Position numbers and translations under genes: made by a program. Under the pieces are notes generated by a model, which worked only from the letters and a program-made list of their open reading frames with translations, was not told the origin of the DNA and did not search any database. A stretch of DNA of 63,946 nt, the filler included, from Lenisia limosa (Eukaryota > Protista > Breviatea): the NCBI GenBank assembly GCA_001655205.1. It is 7 parts of 7 records of this genome, joined end to end, with 100 filler letters (N's around TTAATTAATTAA, not from the genome) between each part and the next. Parts side by side here need not be neighbours in the genome. Positions count along the whole stretch, not along the records: positions 34,890 to 57,532 come from LPNZ01004093.1; 6 more parts are not named here. The stretch is one strand, 5' to 3'. This document shows positions 35,085 through 55,700 of this stretch, piece after piece; positions within the stretch are counted from its first letter, which is position 1, and the number at the start of each line of letters is the position of its first letter.

Positions 35085-38000
35085 TGAAAGACTCCAAGCT
35101 TTGGCGTAAATCACGTTCAATATGCGCCAATCTTAGAGAAAATTGAACAAAATCCGTGTCATTTTTCTGAATTACCACCTTGCTTTAAGAGGAGTCTTGG
35201 TTTATTGCTCCAGTTCTGACTTAGAAACTGCATTTTTTCATATTCGCTTAACCATTCAGAGAACAGCTGACATGATTTCGTCTCTTCTTTCCTTGATACT
35301 CACCAACCCCAAACTCAGTGACCATCTTTCTCCTTTGGTGGGCCTTTGTTATTTTCACAGTCTTTTTGGATGGGGTTGGTTTTCTATTTGAGTTCCCTCG
35401 AACCAACTTGATCTCTCCAGGACAAATTGACCTTGGTACTTGGAGCGTTAGTGCGAGGAGTGAATCATCCTGCTGTTAACAACAGCTTCCTCATTACCTC
35501 CGCCCACGACCTCGCTATCAATTACAATGACAATGCTGTGGGAGGGCTAGGCTTCAATATGTTCACTATCGGAGAAGACTTTGTAAAATCCTCGATGAAT
35601 AGTATACGTTACCAACCTTTTGTTCCATTGGGATGTCTGTTTAAATGGTTACCATTAATCCAGCAACCAGTGTACCTAATACACTTGATTGGGTTGAAAT
35701 CTTTGGTGATACTCCTGATCAATGCGTCTCACACCCAGGTTATTGAAAACCACCAAGCCTCCAGCATCTTCCGCCTCCTCCAAACACGCTCTCTTAACTT
35801 CCTGACCAATCTCCTTCCTGCTGAGTGCGAGGGTTGTGCGTTTTTGGCGTTGCTTTTGTAATCCCTACGTAGCAGTTTTCAGCATGTTCTCATATATTAT
35901 GTACTGCAAGATTTACTTTGTAGTTATGGTTATCTCCGGCGTGGGGTCATCAACGTAGCCCTTTCCAGTGACCCCTCAAATTACACCCGAGTCATTTCGA
36001 AGTTCTCATCCCTCTCAAATCGATTCCGTAAGCTGCTCTCTGCAGTCTCAGAATACCCGTATTGTGTAGCTGGTGGTCTTTAACCTTGGAGTAACGCCGT
36101 AGCAAATCTCGAGGATTGGGTGACAGAAGATGACCGAGGCACATTGCTGAATATGATATTCAAAATCATGGAGTTCCATTATTCTTATCAGGTTTGTCAG
36201 CGCTTCTGTTTATGTCATGTCAGCTTTGTGGCATTATCCTCGCTGTTGTTTCTTGTACCCCCTCGCTTCATGTATCAACTCACTCGGTTTCAGGAGTTTA
36301 GTAAGTGCCAGGTCTGGACTCGCCTCTACTTCCAGGAAAGGAGACACCAGGGTGAGAATGGCGACAACTTCAAACAATGATAGACAAGGACCTTTCTCAC
36401 TTCCTAGCCACACGAGAACGAGACGAGGGTTTGGACCTTGGAACTCAGGAAGGAGACTCATCTGCTCACGTCTTGTCGCTCTTTAATTATATTATCCTTG
36501 TGGGCAAGGGAGGTGTCTAGAGTGTCTATCCTATATTGGGCTTTCACTTCTGGCCGAAAAAACACTGAATTTCTCGATAAATCCTTGAAAACTATCGATA
36601 TTCCCCGGTTTTTTCTGAACCGAAGTGAAGTCTGAATCCAATAGTTGTCTTTTGTCAATGTCTTTTCTTTTTCACATCCCCAGCCCTCACTACACCTTTG
36701 GAGTGCAGCAACCGAACTCTCGATTTCCCTTGTTACTCAGGTGAGAATCTGGGAATAGATGTGACGATACATTCCATGGGAGGGGGGCAGTATCTTTAAT
36801 TTTCACCTCTTACCATTTAGGCCGAAGATAACCTTGACCGATTTCGCTCTTTCACTTCACTTGTGGGAGGGATGGAATTCTGTGAATCTATTTGTAATAA
36901 GGCTCCACTTTTTTAAAAAAATATCAAATATATATCATATATCGATATTTCTCTTGGATTGATCGATGAGTCTTCTTGTGACCGAAGTGAAACACTCCAA
37001 CGTTTCTTTATCAGCAGGCTCTTCTTTGTCCTCATTTCCAGGATCTGACTTTTTAGAGCCAGTCCCCACTCCAGCCAACCCAATCCCCAACACCCAGCTC
37101 CACAGACTCCACCTCCAGCCCCCAATTCACGCTATTCAACACGCTCGAGGCGGTCAATAAAGAGCTGCATGATGAAGACGTTGAAGACTCCCTCTCCCGC
37201 AACTCAAGCGGACATAGTCTTGAGGATGAGTCAGCTTCCCCAACTTTGCGAATTACAGCAGAGCCGTCTTCAGAGGTGAGTGTTCTTATTGTGACCATGC
37301 ATCTGTGATTATTATTGACGATTCAGCCGCCACCAACCTCGTGTGTTTAGTTTTTTTCTTGTTTAGTTATATGTCGTTTCTTTGAGTTTCTTAATTTCTT
37401 GCCAATGTAATGGTATATGTTTTCTATATCCAGTCAATATCACTTTGGTTCTGATCTCCCTTGGTTCTGATTTTGACTTCCTTGGAGGGGGGGATCAAAA
37501 AAAAGTACCAGGCTGAAAGGACTGAGATCGGAGACTTTTTTTTTGTTTTTTGATATTTGATTATTTTTTTGGATATATTTTAAATATTTTTTTCATTGAT
37601 TTTTTTAATGCAAGTAGTAGAAACAAACTAAGAACAACAAGCAACAATGATCTGAATTCGGTGAAGCTGAAAGAATAGGGGATTAGCTCTAGTACACACT
37701 GAAATGGGAGCTCAGACCTCAACCTTGCTTAATAGCTNNNNNNNNNNNNNNNNNNNNNNNNNNNNNNNNNNNNNNNNGCTGGCGACAAGTTGCTTCCGGA
37801 TGACCCGCCTGTAGACTCTATAGAAGACCCAAGGCCTGCGTCTATTCAGAAAATAGCTTCAACTGACGAGATACCGCCAAAGAAGGCTTTTTCCGGTCTT
37901 CAAAAAGGATTTCTCAACGTTTCTTCTCGAAAGAAGGCCCCTTCAACCACCCCCAAGTCCGACGACGACAGCAATGATCTTTTTGAGGATGCAGTCGAGG

Positions 38001-41000
38001 AGACAGACGACTTCTTTCCCGACAAAGAAGACAGCCCACATCTTCTTGAGTGGAGTGAGCTTTGGGAAGCCTATGGTGTTCCAGCTCCCTCATCTTTGAA
38101 CCCTACGCTATGGAGTGTCAAGCAGCTGAAAACATTCATTTTGCAGAACAGTTTGCATGGATTTTGTACAACATTCCTTCCCCCTCTAATTCCAACAAAC
38201 CACCTATCGCTTTATTTTCTAGATTTGAAACCAGAAGGATGTATTGAAAAAGCCGATCTGAGTCATTTTGTCAACGCCAATCTTTCCCACCTTTTGAAGA
38301 ATTATTCAAAACGTGGGGATAAGGTGGAGTTTGTTTGTGTTTGAAACAGTTTTGTTTTAAACTGTCCAATCTCAACCCTGTCAATTTTGATCTATTGTTA
38401 TTATGTTTACGATTTAGCCGAACCTGAACCGCCAAATACCAAATCCACTCTATGGCCCGCAAATGTGAGCTTGTTTTGAGAAACCAAACAATTTGATTTC
38501 TTCAGAAAATTTGACATTCCAATCACGCTTCCAGACGGCAGAGCCCCTTCTTCTGCCCCTCCCGGTTGCGCAGCCTGTCTTGACCAATGTCCACCAAAAT
38601 CACTTCGATGATTTAAATCAGACTCTTCGTGGGGGGGTCTATTGAAATTGACAACATCGCAGTAGTTTTCAGGTTCAATGATTCACAATTATCTCGCACC
38701 CAATCATAATCCAGCTACTGTGACATCAGCTGATATTCGAGCGTTGCAATACGCCACAGAATCAGTTCTCAACGATGACATTCAAAAACTCAAGTAATTG
38801 GAAATTTTGTGTCGTTTTGTTACCTCCTCATTTGACCACCCAGGAAACATCTCCTCGATATCCCCCATGCCGTCCTCCACTACCCCTCTCCAATTGGCCG
38901 TTTGCCTATTTTAAATCTTGCCATTCGACACGGTGTGTGATTCTTGGTACTTGAAGCTTGAATTTTGCTTGGATGTATTGTCATCTAAGATAACCTTTCA
39001 TCCAATTCCTGTTTCAAATGCACCTATTAATAGTAACCCAGGAAATCCCTATGCTGTGAAGACTATCCTTGATCGAATGGAAACTATTGAGCCTTTTATT
39101 GTAAGTGGTGAAATATGCTATGCAATGATTCTGAACTTGTTGTGCTGTTTTTTCTCAATTCATGAACACGATTAATTTTTTCCATAGATGGAAAACACCC
39201 TCGAGAGTGTCCACCCCCTCTCTTTTGCTGTTCGAATAAGTCCAAAATCTGAGGGCAAAGAAGCTGTCACAGGTGGGCAAACACCCCAATCAATTGTGGA
39301 AAAGCGGCATATCCGATTCTGATGTTATCTTTCAGGGGAACACCACCTTCCAGCTGCCTTAGAGGCCTTGAGGAAAATGGCACATTGGGCTGCCACGGTG
39401 GGGGTTTGGGGTTTAACATGTTCAATATTCTTTTTTTTTCTTTTCAAAATGTTAGTTTCCATTTCATTTGCCTTAGTCGCTCCCACCCGGACCCACGTCT
39501 AGTGATGCAGATGGACCACTTTCCAAATTAGGAATGTCCAGTACCCGGACGAGCAGAAATGACGTTATCAAAGTTCTAGCTCGGCACCTATCCCTTCATC
39601 ACTTGCCCCTTGTTGGCTGGGTCTGTTTCATCATTTGCCGTTGTTGGCTGGGTCTGTTTCATCATTTGCCGTTGTTGGCTGGGTCTGTTTTATCATTTGC
39701 CCTTGTTGGCTGGGTCTGTTCCATCACTTGCCCCTTGTTGGCTGGGTCTGTTTTGTTTTGTTTGGACAGATTTTTCCTAGAGAATCTGAGTGTAAGGTTG
39801 CTGGTCTTCAAGTCTCAGTTTCTGTATTCCTGACTTTTTAGCCACCCTACGTCGAGGACACACCCCTCTTGGCTGCCTTAATTGACCCGTGGGAGGTGAA
39901 AGATCACTAAAGGATCTACTCTGATTTCCCCAACCAGATGTCTTCCAGTGTATTTTTCCTTTGTTGATCATGTCATTGTTGGGTGGGGGTATTCAGTGAC
40001 AACAAAGTCACAAAGTGACACCATAGGACCACACACCCAGTGTCCGTTCTTAGAGCAGTGCTTGAAGGCTATGGCGAGCGGTGTACCATGGGACCAATCC
40101 AGCTACCTGGCCTTCCGGTATGAGCCCCCCATGGTCATAAAGCCCTAAATCCTTTCCCTCTTGACACCATTAGGTGGCTACAGACCCCCTTGGCTTGGCA
40201 CTCCAGTATCTTCATAGTGGTAGACAGAACAAGTGAGGGGTGGATTTTGGCATGAATAGTCATTTATATGCTCACTCGTCAGCTCCTTGACCATCCCATT
40301 GGACATTTCTTCGCAGCACCCCCCGTTTGGGGTGGCTAATCGACTTCGCGCTATTCTCAAAGCAGGTGCCCCTGTACTGCACTATCATTGGTATGAGCGA
40401 TAAGTTTGCTTTGTTCGCAGTTGAATTGAAGTCATTTGCTTCTCAAGCAGGTATGTCACTGAGAACTGCCACGTCATCTGGACCAAAGTCGTTGAAATTT
40501 TGTGGATATTTCAATTTTTTTAAGTTGTGCTTATAATTTTTTAACAGTTTTAGAGAGTATTATTTTTGAGTTTTAAAATTTGGTGAAAAATTGCGTGAAT
40601 GTTGACAAAATCCGAGCCAAGTTTCTCAGACATACCTGCTTTCAGTATTTTATTTTCGGTAGCCTGATGGGCTAACTCATTGACCCCCCCCCCCCNNNNN
40701 NNNNNNNNNNNNNNNNNNNNNNNNNNNNNNNNNNNNNNNNNNNNNNNNNNNNNNNNNNNNNNNNNGTATCAACAGCCGCTTTGGTGGGCGATAGGAGACC
40801 CCCTTCTAGCTGACGTGTGCCCCGACGTGATCGAACATGTGAGCCGTTTCTAGCTTGGGTTGAATACCTCCAACACTTTTAGTTCCTGTTACAATTTAGT
40901 ATTGCGGCTATTACTACGTACTTACCATATTAGGCATCTCCTGAGGAAGTTGGTCTCTCGATTCCCAGCAGGCCAGGCATGACCCCTCTTATTTACAGTC

Positions 41001-44000
41001 TAAAATCGGGTGGGTTTTTCTTCTTCTTGTCTTCCTCTATGCAGTGACATTTTGATGATAAATAAAGCACCTTTGTATACATACAAAACTGTGATTTTTT
41101 TTGTGCAACCTTATAATGTGACTTTCAATTCAACCTTTTACTGTGTGGTGATACCCCAGAATCCCCTCTTGCGGTTGCCGCTCTTCTCGAAGCGGGTGCC
41201 CAAGCTCATGGAACAACAAAATGTGAGTTGAACATTCTTATTCCTCTACATTTTACCCTGGTTTTATCTCACCGCACAGCCGGATTGGCACCAGTAATAT
41301 ACGCGGTGACACTAGCAAACCCCTCCCCTCTGGCTGCTCTTATTGCAGGTGCAGGCAGGCATATCATCACAACTACAACCACGCATGGTGAGAACACCGG
41401 ATCATTTTATGGTATTCCGAGTTTTTGATATTTATTTACACGGACTTTGACAAAGTAGGCCAAAACGCGCTGCATGTTTTGATTGCACAAAAACGGTCGT
41501 CGCAGCAGCAGCAGAAGGAGAAGGACCGATTGGAGTGTCTGGCCATTGTTCTCACTGCAATATCGGAACTCTCGTTGGCTGGTTTCAACAACTAATTTCT
41601 TTGTGCCTATATCATCTCCCTCTCACCGAGCAGTCCCGACGACATTCCTGATGACTTTCCCGCATACTGCTGCCCATTTGTAAGTGCAATCAGTCCTGGN
41701 NNNNNNNNNNNNNNNNNNNNNNNNNNNNNNNNNNNNNNNNNNNNNNNNNNNNNNNNNNNNNNNNNNNNGTTTACGATCTAGATGGTGTGGACGTTGTTCG
41801 AAGAGCAACCGTCTCTGAATTGCGTCGAATGAAGACATCACTTCTAAAACAGGTATCAAAGGGGCATAATGGAACAAATGGTTACCATTTCACAGCATAA
41901 CTTCTTTGAAATATTTTATCCTCAAATTAGACTTATCAACTAACCCTTTAGACCCTTTTAAGCGGACGTGCAGGAGAGGATATGACCCCTCTTGGACTGG
42001 CTTTGGCTGAATCCGATATCGCAGCTGTTGAAATGCTGCTTTCCGTGGGGGGTGGGGGATCATTCATCACACATCCATTTTCCCTGACGACGATTTCTGT
42101 TCTTTTTCTCTCTTTTCAGCCCTTCCTCCTGATGTATTTAGGCCGGAGCTGACCCAGACGTCCGTTTCGGCCACGACTACATTCCACCACTGCATTGGAC
42201 CGTTTCAGAGGGCAGGAAGGCTGAAATCGAGGTGGGCAATGATATCATTTCTGCAATCACAGACTATTGAGGACGTTGTCTCATTTTTCCAGCTGCTCTT
42301 GGCAGCAGGCGCTAACGTGCATGCGGTCACGGCGGTTCCGGTCGACTTCAGCTCACACTCCAATACCTGTCAGGTTTGTGGGTATTAATTTCTTTGTTTC
42401 GACCTATCGTGTTATAGTTCCTCTTTATTCACTTTCTTCTCAATGCTCCCAATAACCACCACCCTCAGGATGAAGAACCCGTTGAAATTACAGAATCTGA
42501 AGATTTCCATGAAGTTGAGGGCAGTTTCGAGGAGCCTCGACAGCTTTCGAACAGTTCGCAGATGTCGAACCCCTTACCACTAGATGCCTTCTCGAAACAC
42601 TCACGGTTGCCCCGTACTGCGCTTAACTCAGAAGCCGCCGATGGCAAGGTTTGTCTCGATGTCCTTCTGACAGCTTGCTTTCCGTGCTTCGTTTCAACGA
42701 ACATTGAATACATTTTACATTATACGTAGAATTCAGCGCCACAATAATGTTTTACAGTTTCATTTCTTTTTGTAATGCTTATCTCACCACTCAGGTTGAA
42801 GCAACTGCATTGTTTGTCGCTGTTGTTCAGGTGAGTACACTTTGCTAACCTGTTGGACTTGTGGCTTTTTCAACTCCCAGAACTATTGCCTTTCCTTTGT
42901 CATCATTTTAATTACACTCCGCACAGGGACGAGGAGATCTCGTGTCGGCACTTTTAGACGCGGGTGCAGACCCCAGGGTGATTCCTCGAGAACTTGACGG
43001 TGAGAATCAATCCTGGAATTGAGTTCTGGATGTAAGAAATGATTTCCTAGGCGAAAGGCTTTTGCTCTATGCTACCAAAAGAGGCAATGTGGATGTATGC
43101 CGGGCGCTTTTATCACGAGGAGCCTCGCCCTACCCCTCACCAACGTGCACCTCTGAGGACGGCACTGTTGATGGTACGTGGCAGCAGTTTTTTTTGGTAT
43201 TCTCGCAAAGCTTACACCTGTAGATGCCAATTTCTTGCATCTTGCCGCCACGTTCTCGTGGGCCGCCTCGCTTCTTCCCCTCGCTCTGGACGCTGGGATG
43301 GACATCAACGCTGCGACAAAGGGACAGATCACCCCCTTGATGATGGCCGCCTATCACGTGAGGGAACCGAACTTTTCTTTTACATCCTTTTGGCTGCCTA
43401 TCACGTGAGATGATACTTTTACATCCTTTTGGCTGCCTATCACGTGAGATGATAGCTGAACTTTTCTTAGATCCTTTTGGCTGCCTATCACGTGAGGGAA
43501 CTGAACTTTTCTTTACATCCTTTTGGTGATTGGCACACAAGCAATGACACTTACCACCGTAGTCGAATGTGCCGTACATGAAGGCGCTGATCCAGGCTGG
43601 GGGTGAAGGCCCCTTCAGACCCGGGCATGAGCAGATCATTGTTGGGGGGGGGATTAGGGCGCTTTGGGCTTTTCTGACTCCCCAGCGACCTGAAATTTGG
43701 GAAATTATCAAGCAACTCGGTCTTGTCGAAAGTGGTAGCTCCCCTAATGTGCCGTCGTCATCGATACCAATGATTACTGTTGGCGGTGTAACGCGGTTAC
43801 CTGTCTGGGTATATTTAGCTATTGAAGGCTCTGTGACAGCTCTGTGATTGAGAAGATGTTTGCTTATTCCCAATTAGGAAGAACGAGAAGCGCCAACACT
43901 ACGTCTGTCTTATCCGTATCGAATTCCGCCCCAGGTGAGAGTTGCGCCAAATTTCAGGCTGTATTGTCAACTTGTTGCTCCGGTTCATGGCTTAAGTGAG

Positions 44001-44530
44001 ATAAGCCTTTCCCTTGAAACAAATGCGCAATACGTGTCACCACTCACTCCTCAGCCGTCAGCACCTATGGCACTTCTGTTCACATTACTCAGATCACAGC
44101 GGTCACTTGTCAATGGTGAGGGTGACTCTTTCTTCTTACCACAGAAAAGGGCTGTTCTGACACTTTCAGACTCGCTGTCTTATTCTGGCGATTTCCCGGA
44201 AGGAGGATCATGGCTTGCTTACAGAACGGTTGGTGTTTTTTGTACACATTCGAAACGTATTGGATAGGAAAGTCCCGTTGTATACTTACTCATCATCCCC
44301 CAATTCACCACTTCTAGATTTTAGAACGAGATCTGTTCTACGCTGCCGATCGAGGGGATGCTGGACAGGTTTGGAGAATTCATCGGTCATAATAAGGCGT
44401 TGTTTCATGTTAACCCTGGCAGGTGTCAGCACTTGTCAACGTTTTGTTTCCAAGCCTTGCCCCTTCAAGTCCTTCTTTAGCTTTTGCGTAATGATCATTT
44501 TTGGTGAATATAGGAATGAATATAGGTAAT
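35085..44530 (+). CDS. Large multi-exon ankyrin-repeat protein (possibly more than one gene; boundaries approximate)
   Basis: Chain of plus-strand ag/gt exons. Ankyrin motifs include GMTPLIYSLKSG, AVAALLEAGA, GQNALHVLIA, AGADPDVRFGHDYIPPLHW, LLLAAGANVHA, LVSALLDAGADP, LLYATKRGNVDVCRALLSRGASP and GMDINAATKGQITPLMMAAYH. A WSVKQLK..GCIEKADL motif lies at ~38110-38260. Confidence 0.65.
36538..36632. mobile_element. Family A MITE (intronic)
   Basis: GGGCTTTCACTTC...GATAAATCCTTGAAAACTATCGAT...GAACCGAAGTGAAG. Confidence 0.7.
39597..39753. repeat. Minisatellite, ~5 x 30-31 bp, intronic
   Basis: Consensus ATCA(C/T)TTGCC(C/G)TTGTTGGCTGGGTCTGTTT(C/T). Confidence 0.9.
43345..43527 (+). repeat. Four tandem copies of an exon-intron junction
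   Basis: GGC(C/T)GCCTATCAC|GTGAG starts at 43345, 43392, 43431 and 43479. Confidence 0.85.
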
Positions 44531-44952
44531 TGCACGGTAATATTGGGAAGAAACAACAGATTTATAGTTTTAGTTTTTATTTCGCAGTTATTTCGAGCAT
44601 GCTCAATTCCCAGTTAACTACGCAATGGATGAAATGATGTTGAAAGTTGGAAATGGGAGCTGGCCAAACATGGTGGCCTGGACCCCCAGGTAGAAACAAT
44701 TATAAAACAAACTACAAATTTTCAAAATAGCACACGCAACAAGACAACGGCTAGGGATAGTTCGTTTATTTGCTAGTTGTAATGTTAAGACTCCCATCCA
44801 TGCTTGCCCGTGTGGCAACAAGCGGTTTTTCCGCTACTCGTATGGCCTCAGCCTCATTACTGGGTGCTACTCGTACTTACACTGTTTGAGGGATAAAAAA
44901 AGAGTTAATTTTTCGGGATATGTTTCTTTGAGCAGGGTTAAACTCAACGATA

Positions 44953-52485
<7,533 letters not shown>

Positions 52486-52736
52486 TCCGTTTCCCTTTTG
52501 TTATCATTCATTTCACTGCCTTTCTTATTTGAGAGTACTTGACTTTTGAGCTCTGTTGACCCATTATTATTCTGTTATTTTAGGGGGTAAATAAATATAC
52601 CGTAATAGAGAGAATTTGGCAACCTGTGGCTCACTATAGTTCATCGTAATGCACCCGGCTGGAGGAGACTACGGGTGGAACCCCCATGATTATATAGTTT
52701 AAAAGTGGCCCGGAATTTTTTTACGAAAGAATTCAA

Positions 52737-55700
52737 ATGCTTGCCTTGTATGTTGTGTCTTGATTTCTATGAGTCTCTAACTAATTTAGATCACTAGCCC
52801 GTGTTAGTAGGCTAGTCCAAGGAAATGTTTTACGCGGTATGGCCTCTATGGCCTTTGCCAGCGGCAAAACCCCTCTCACAAACCGTATGTTTGCAAAACA
52901 ATCTGAATCGGATCAATTAACGGCCCCTACCGAGGTTGGTCTTTATCGGATCAAGTTGTATTTTCTCACCCCTCTTCTAGCCGTGTTATCTCGACGCCAT
53001 AGATGGCAACACCGCTGCTGCACATGTTGCCTACCACATGGCTGATGCGTAGGAGGCTTACAGTTAGACAAAATAATTCATCCGCTTTTTTATTCTTGTT
53101 CAAAATGAGCCACAGATGAGCACATCTTTCTTCACTTCTAGACAACTCGTATTCAGGCTTTAATAGTGGTAAATCTCAAATATTCCTGACGTTGAATTTT
53201 CCGGTGTTCATTTCCAGTTTTCCAAGCGTTTATATTGATCCAGCTCCTTTATCTACCCGATTACACCTTCATCTCCGATGGGAGAGCACGTTGAAAAGCT
53301 TTCTGCAGGTATAGTTGTTGCACTTGGTCATTTTTTATTTTTTTAGGAGGTGAAAAGAACATCTTCGGTGACACACATACTGTCAGAATGCTCCAGGTTT
53401 GTGATATAGGCGCCGGCTTGCTTACCGAGTAGTCCGAAGCTGGAGCAATTGGCGCTCTTCACGGAGCAGCAGCCTGTGGCACCTTAACGTCTTCTTATAC
53501 TGCTTCTCAGTACGTTATGTTATTTTAATTGACATTCGATTGATTATTGAATTTCACCGCTCTTTGCAAAGGATCATTCATCTTTTAGGGGTCTTCTGCT
53601 TATGATCCCTAACATGTACAAAATCGCTGGTTGGTGATTCAAAACTTTGCAACCCTCTGTATTTTTTTGCGTTATTTCTATTATATTATTTTTTGTTTCG
53701 TATATTGCTTATATTTTCTCTTTCCTTCAACCACCACTTACCATCGCTAGGTGAAATGCTGCCAACTGTTTTGCACGTGGCTGCTCGCGCCGTGTCAATG
53801 CAGGCCCTTTCCATTTNNNNNNNNNNNNNNNNNNNNNNNNNNNNNNNNNNNNNNNNNNNNNNNNNNNNNNTCCTGTTCATAGCGATTGGTGCGAATTGAC
53901 ATGCTTGTGGAATTCATCTATTCTTGAAGGTCTTGTCGGTACCGGTATCCCCAGTTGACTTTGCAGAGACCACTCTGACGTCATGGGAGTCCGTGCCACC
54001 GGCTGGGCATTGCTCGCTTCCGGCTCTGTGCAAGAGGTATATGTTCATCTTTGCGGGGGGTAAAAGTGTTCAATTCCATTAATATGTATCTACTGAATGG
54101 ACATGAGAATTGAATTAACCAAGTCAGGTAATGGACTTCGCCGCCATCTCGCACATGGCCTCTCTTGACACTTCCATCCCCTTCCTGCACTTCTTCGAGG
54201 GATTCCGTCTGTCCCATGAGGTGTCTTCTATCCAATGTCTCTCGCCCGAGGCTCTCAGCGTGGGTTGGGCAGTTCATTCATAGCAGTCCGAACAAAACTT
54301 GTATAAAAACAATATTTCAATCACTTGTATTTTATGGTTGTTTATTTTGAGTTGAAAGATATCCGGTATTGTTTACTGCTGTAGTGGCTGACTGACGCCA
54401 CGCAAGTTGAGGCGTATCGCGCCAACGCCTTGATGCCTGAGCGCCCTCAAGCACTTGGGCCCTCCCATCAACCCGAAACCAACTGGCAGGTTCGCTTCAA
54501 GGAGGGCTTTGGTGTTGGTGAAAGGGCTGATACTACTCTGATATAGTAGACAGTTTGCACACAGGATTTTCAAATTTCATTTAATTCTGAAACAATTTTG
54601 GAATTTTTTGGAATTTCCTCATTTTTTCTTTCATTTTCAGCTGAAATCTGAAATCTTGATTTCAATTTTCAACAAAATTACGAAATTATTTGAAAATTGA
54701 AATTTTAAAATCCGGTTTGCAAACTAATACGTATATCTGATATGCTGTTGATTATAGGTTTGATGTACATAATGATAATGATATGATGATACGGTAATGA
54801 TGACGATTCTAAAATGATTTATGCATTTGAGTCATGTTTCAGGTCATGGAGGCTTCCAACCCATGGTACATGGCCGTCCCCTCCAAAGTGGAAAGTGCCA
54901 TGAAGAAACTCGGTGAACTGACTGGCAGGTGTGATGGAGGGAAAAGGACTCCCTTTCACGGGTGAAAATGACTTTGTAGGCAATACGAGCTGTTCGACTA
55001 CTACGGCGCCGAAGATGCCGATCGCGTAGTTGTTGTCATGGGTTCCGGCGGCCCCGTTGTTGAGGAGGCTGTTGATTACCTCGCTAACAAGGGAGAAAAG
55101 GTCGGCTAGGCTGAGGCGTCCTAAAAGAAGATAGCATCCAAAATATTGCAATCACGTTCTGTTTTCTAAGTAATTGCTCTGATGATCAAGGTTGGAGTTC
55201 TGAAGGTCCGTCTCTTCCGCCCTTGGGATGCTGAAAAGTTCCTCAGCAAGCTTCCCAAAACGGTAAGGCACCTCCAATGGTTTGCTGGTGTTGACTTTTC
55301 AGGTGAAAACCGTGGCAGTTCTTGACAGAACCAAGGAACCTGGTGCTTACGGTTGGTCTGCCTCCTGTGGTACCTTTTCAGATTGCATGATATTGACAAC
55401 TTACAGGAGAACCTCTCTTCCAAGACGTTGCCATGACCATGCAGCAACATGAAGTCCCCGTCAAGGTTATTGGTGGAAGGTGGGGCGCTTTGGTCTTGTT
55501 GACGGTCAAGGTTCGGAATTGCCTCAAAGGAGTTCAACCCCTCTCATGCCAAGGCAGTCTTCGAGAACATCAAGGTGAGGTGAAATTTGGCCTTCATGCT
55601 GACAACGCAGTCCTCCACTCCTCGTAACCACTTTACCGTCGGCATCAACGATGACGTCACTCACACTTCTCTTCCTGTCAAGACTATTGACGTTCACACG

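Noticed and set aside
34890-36500. Continuation of the HECT ligase after the gap
   Set aside because: It is separated by an artificial linker and shows no HECT motifs.
39534-39841. ORF-track proteins with LAGSV/VGWVC repeats
   Set aside because: They are translations of the intronic minisatellite.
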